DNA of 64,000 nt, taken from assembly GCA_030264375.1 (NCBI GenBank), contig JASCQW010000109.1, positions 69,513,404 through 69,577,403 on the forward strand, written 5' to 3'. Position 1 is the first letter of the stretch. Each line of letters begins with the position of its first letter. The notes beneath the pieces are model-generated. The model made no database searches. It was not told where the DNA came from and saw only the letters and a list, made by a program, of their open reading frames with translations. Below are positions 62,933 to 64,000 of the stretch, piece by piece. Both the position numbers and the translations under genes were made by a program. The stretch comes from Carcharhinus longimanus (Eukaryota).

Positions 62933-64000
62933 TAAGAACAAAAAACAAAGAACAAAGAAAATTACAGGACAGGAACAGGCTCTTTGGTCTTGCAAGCCTG
63001 CAACAACCATGCTGCTTGACTTAACTAAAACCCCCTACCCTTTCGGGGACCATATCCCTCTATTCCCATCTCATTAACGTACTTGTCAAGGCACACCTTA
63101 AAAGTCACTACCGTATCCGCTTCCACTACCTCCCCGGCAATGAGTTCCAGGCATCGACCACCCTTTGTGTAAAAAAATCTGATTCGTACATCTCTCTTAA
63201 AACTTTCCTTTGCACCTTAAACCTACGCCCCCTAGTAATTGACTGTTCCATCCTGGGAAAAACCTTCTGACTATCCGTTCTGTCTATACCTGTCATAATC
63301 TTGCAGACTTCTATCAGGTGTCCCCCAACCTCCATTGCTCCAGTGAGAACAAACCAAGTTTCTCCAATCTCTCCTCATAGCTAATGCCCTCCATACCAGG
63401 CAACATCCTGTTTTTTTTTCTGTACCCTCTCCAAAGCCGCCATATCCTTCTGGTAGTGTGGCAACCAGAATTGAACATTATATTCCAAGTGTGGCCTCAC
63501 TAAGGCTCTATAAAGCGTCAACATGATTTGCCAATTTTGAAACTCAATACCCAGGCTGATGAAGACAAGCATGCTGTGTGCCTTCTTGACTATCTTCTCC
63601 ATTTGCATTGCCACTTTCAGTGACCTGTGTACCTCTACACCCAAAACCCTTTCCTATCAATACTCCTAATGGCTCTGCCATTTACTGTATATTTCCTATC
63701 TGTATTCAAAAATTCCAAAATTCATTACCTCATATTTGTCCGGGTTAAAATCCATATGCTATCTCTCCGCCGAAGGCTCCAAGTGATCTATATCCTGCTG
63801 TATCCTCTGATGGTCCTCATTGCTATCTGCAAATCTGCCAACCTTTGTGTAGTCTGCAAATATCCTCATCAATCCAGTTACATTTCCTCCAAATCATTGA
63901 TACATATTTTGCAAAAAGCAAAGATCCCAGCACTGATCCCTGAGGAGCACAACTTGGCAATGCCTTCCATTCAGAAATGCACCCTTCCACTGCTACCCTT
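62933..64000 (-). mobile_element. CR1 LINE 3' ~1.1 kb with (AACAAAG)n tail
   Basis: LYRALVRPHLEYNVQFWLPHYQKDMAALERVQK; FFTQRVVDAWNSLP; GVLLRDQCWD/FADYTK-like region at the window end. Confidence 0.92.

Noticed and set aside
1-64000. CRISPR arrays, operons or other prokaryotic systems; Pcdh constant exons
   Set aside because: The sequence is vertebrate; no regularly spaced repeat-spacer array and no constant-exon-like segment was seen.

Overview
Vertebrate genomic DNA, very probably from a cartilaginous fish (shark-type V-SINE/HE1-like SINEs, dense CR1 LINEs, Penelope-derived palindromic repeats). The window lies in the variable region of a clustered protocadherin (cPcdh) locus. Seven + strand variable-exon units are visible: two intact (16451-18919, 39138-41588), one cut by assembly gaps (1632-3345), two full-length pseudogenes (28119-30556, 53920-56346) and two decayed relics (~35700-37043, ~43740-45453). 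No constant exons were seen. Six units keep a conserved promoter module: GTTG(C/T)ACAAC palindrome, a CTCF-like site with upstream motif, and ATTGG-N25-CCAAT enclosing the CSE/CGCT box. Less expected observations: (i) an apparent antisense, multi-exon dead gene with PKD-, C-type-lectin- and WSC-like segments (polycystin-1-like) between the first two variable exons, on a gap-bounded contig; (ii) a conserved AAG|GTAATG donor-like motif in the 5' leaders; (iii) pseudogenes that keep more canonical CSEs than two open-frame genes; (iv) minimal hammerhead-ribozyme motifs in Penelope-derived repeats. All alignments were made by eye; repeat boundaries are approximate.
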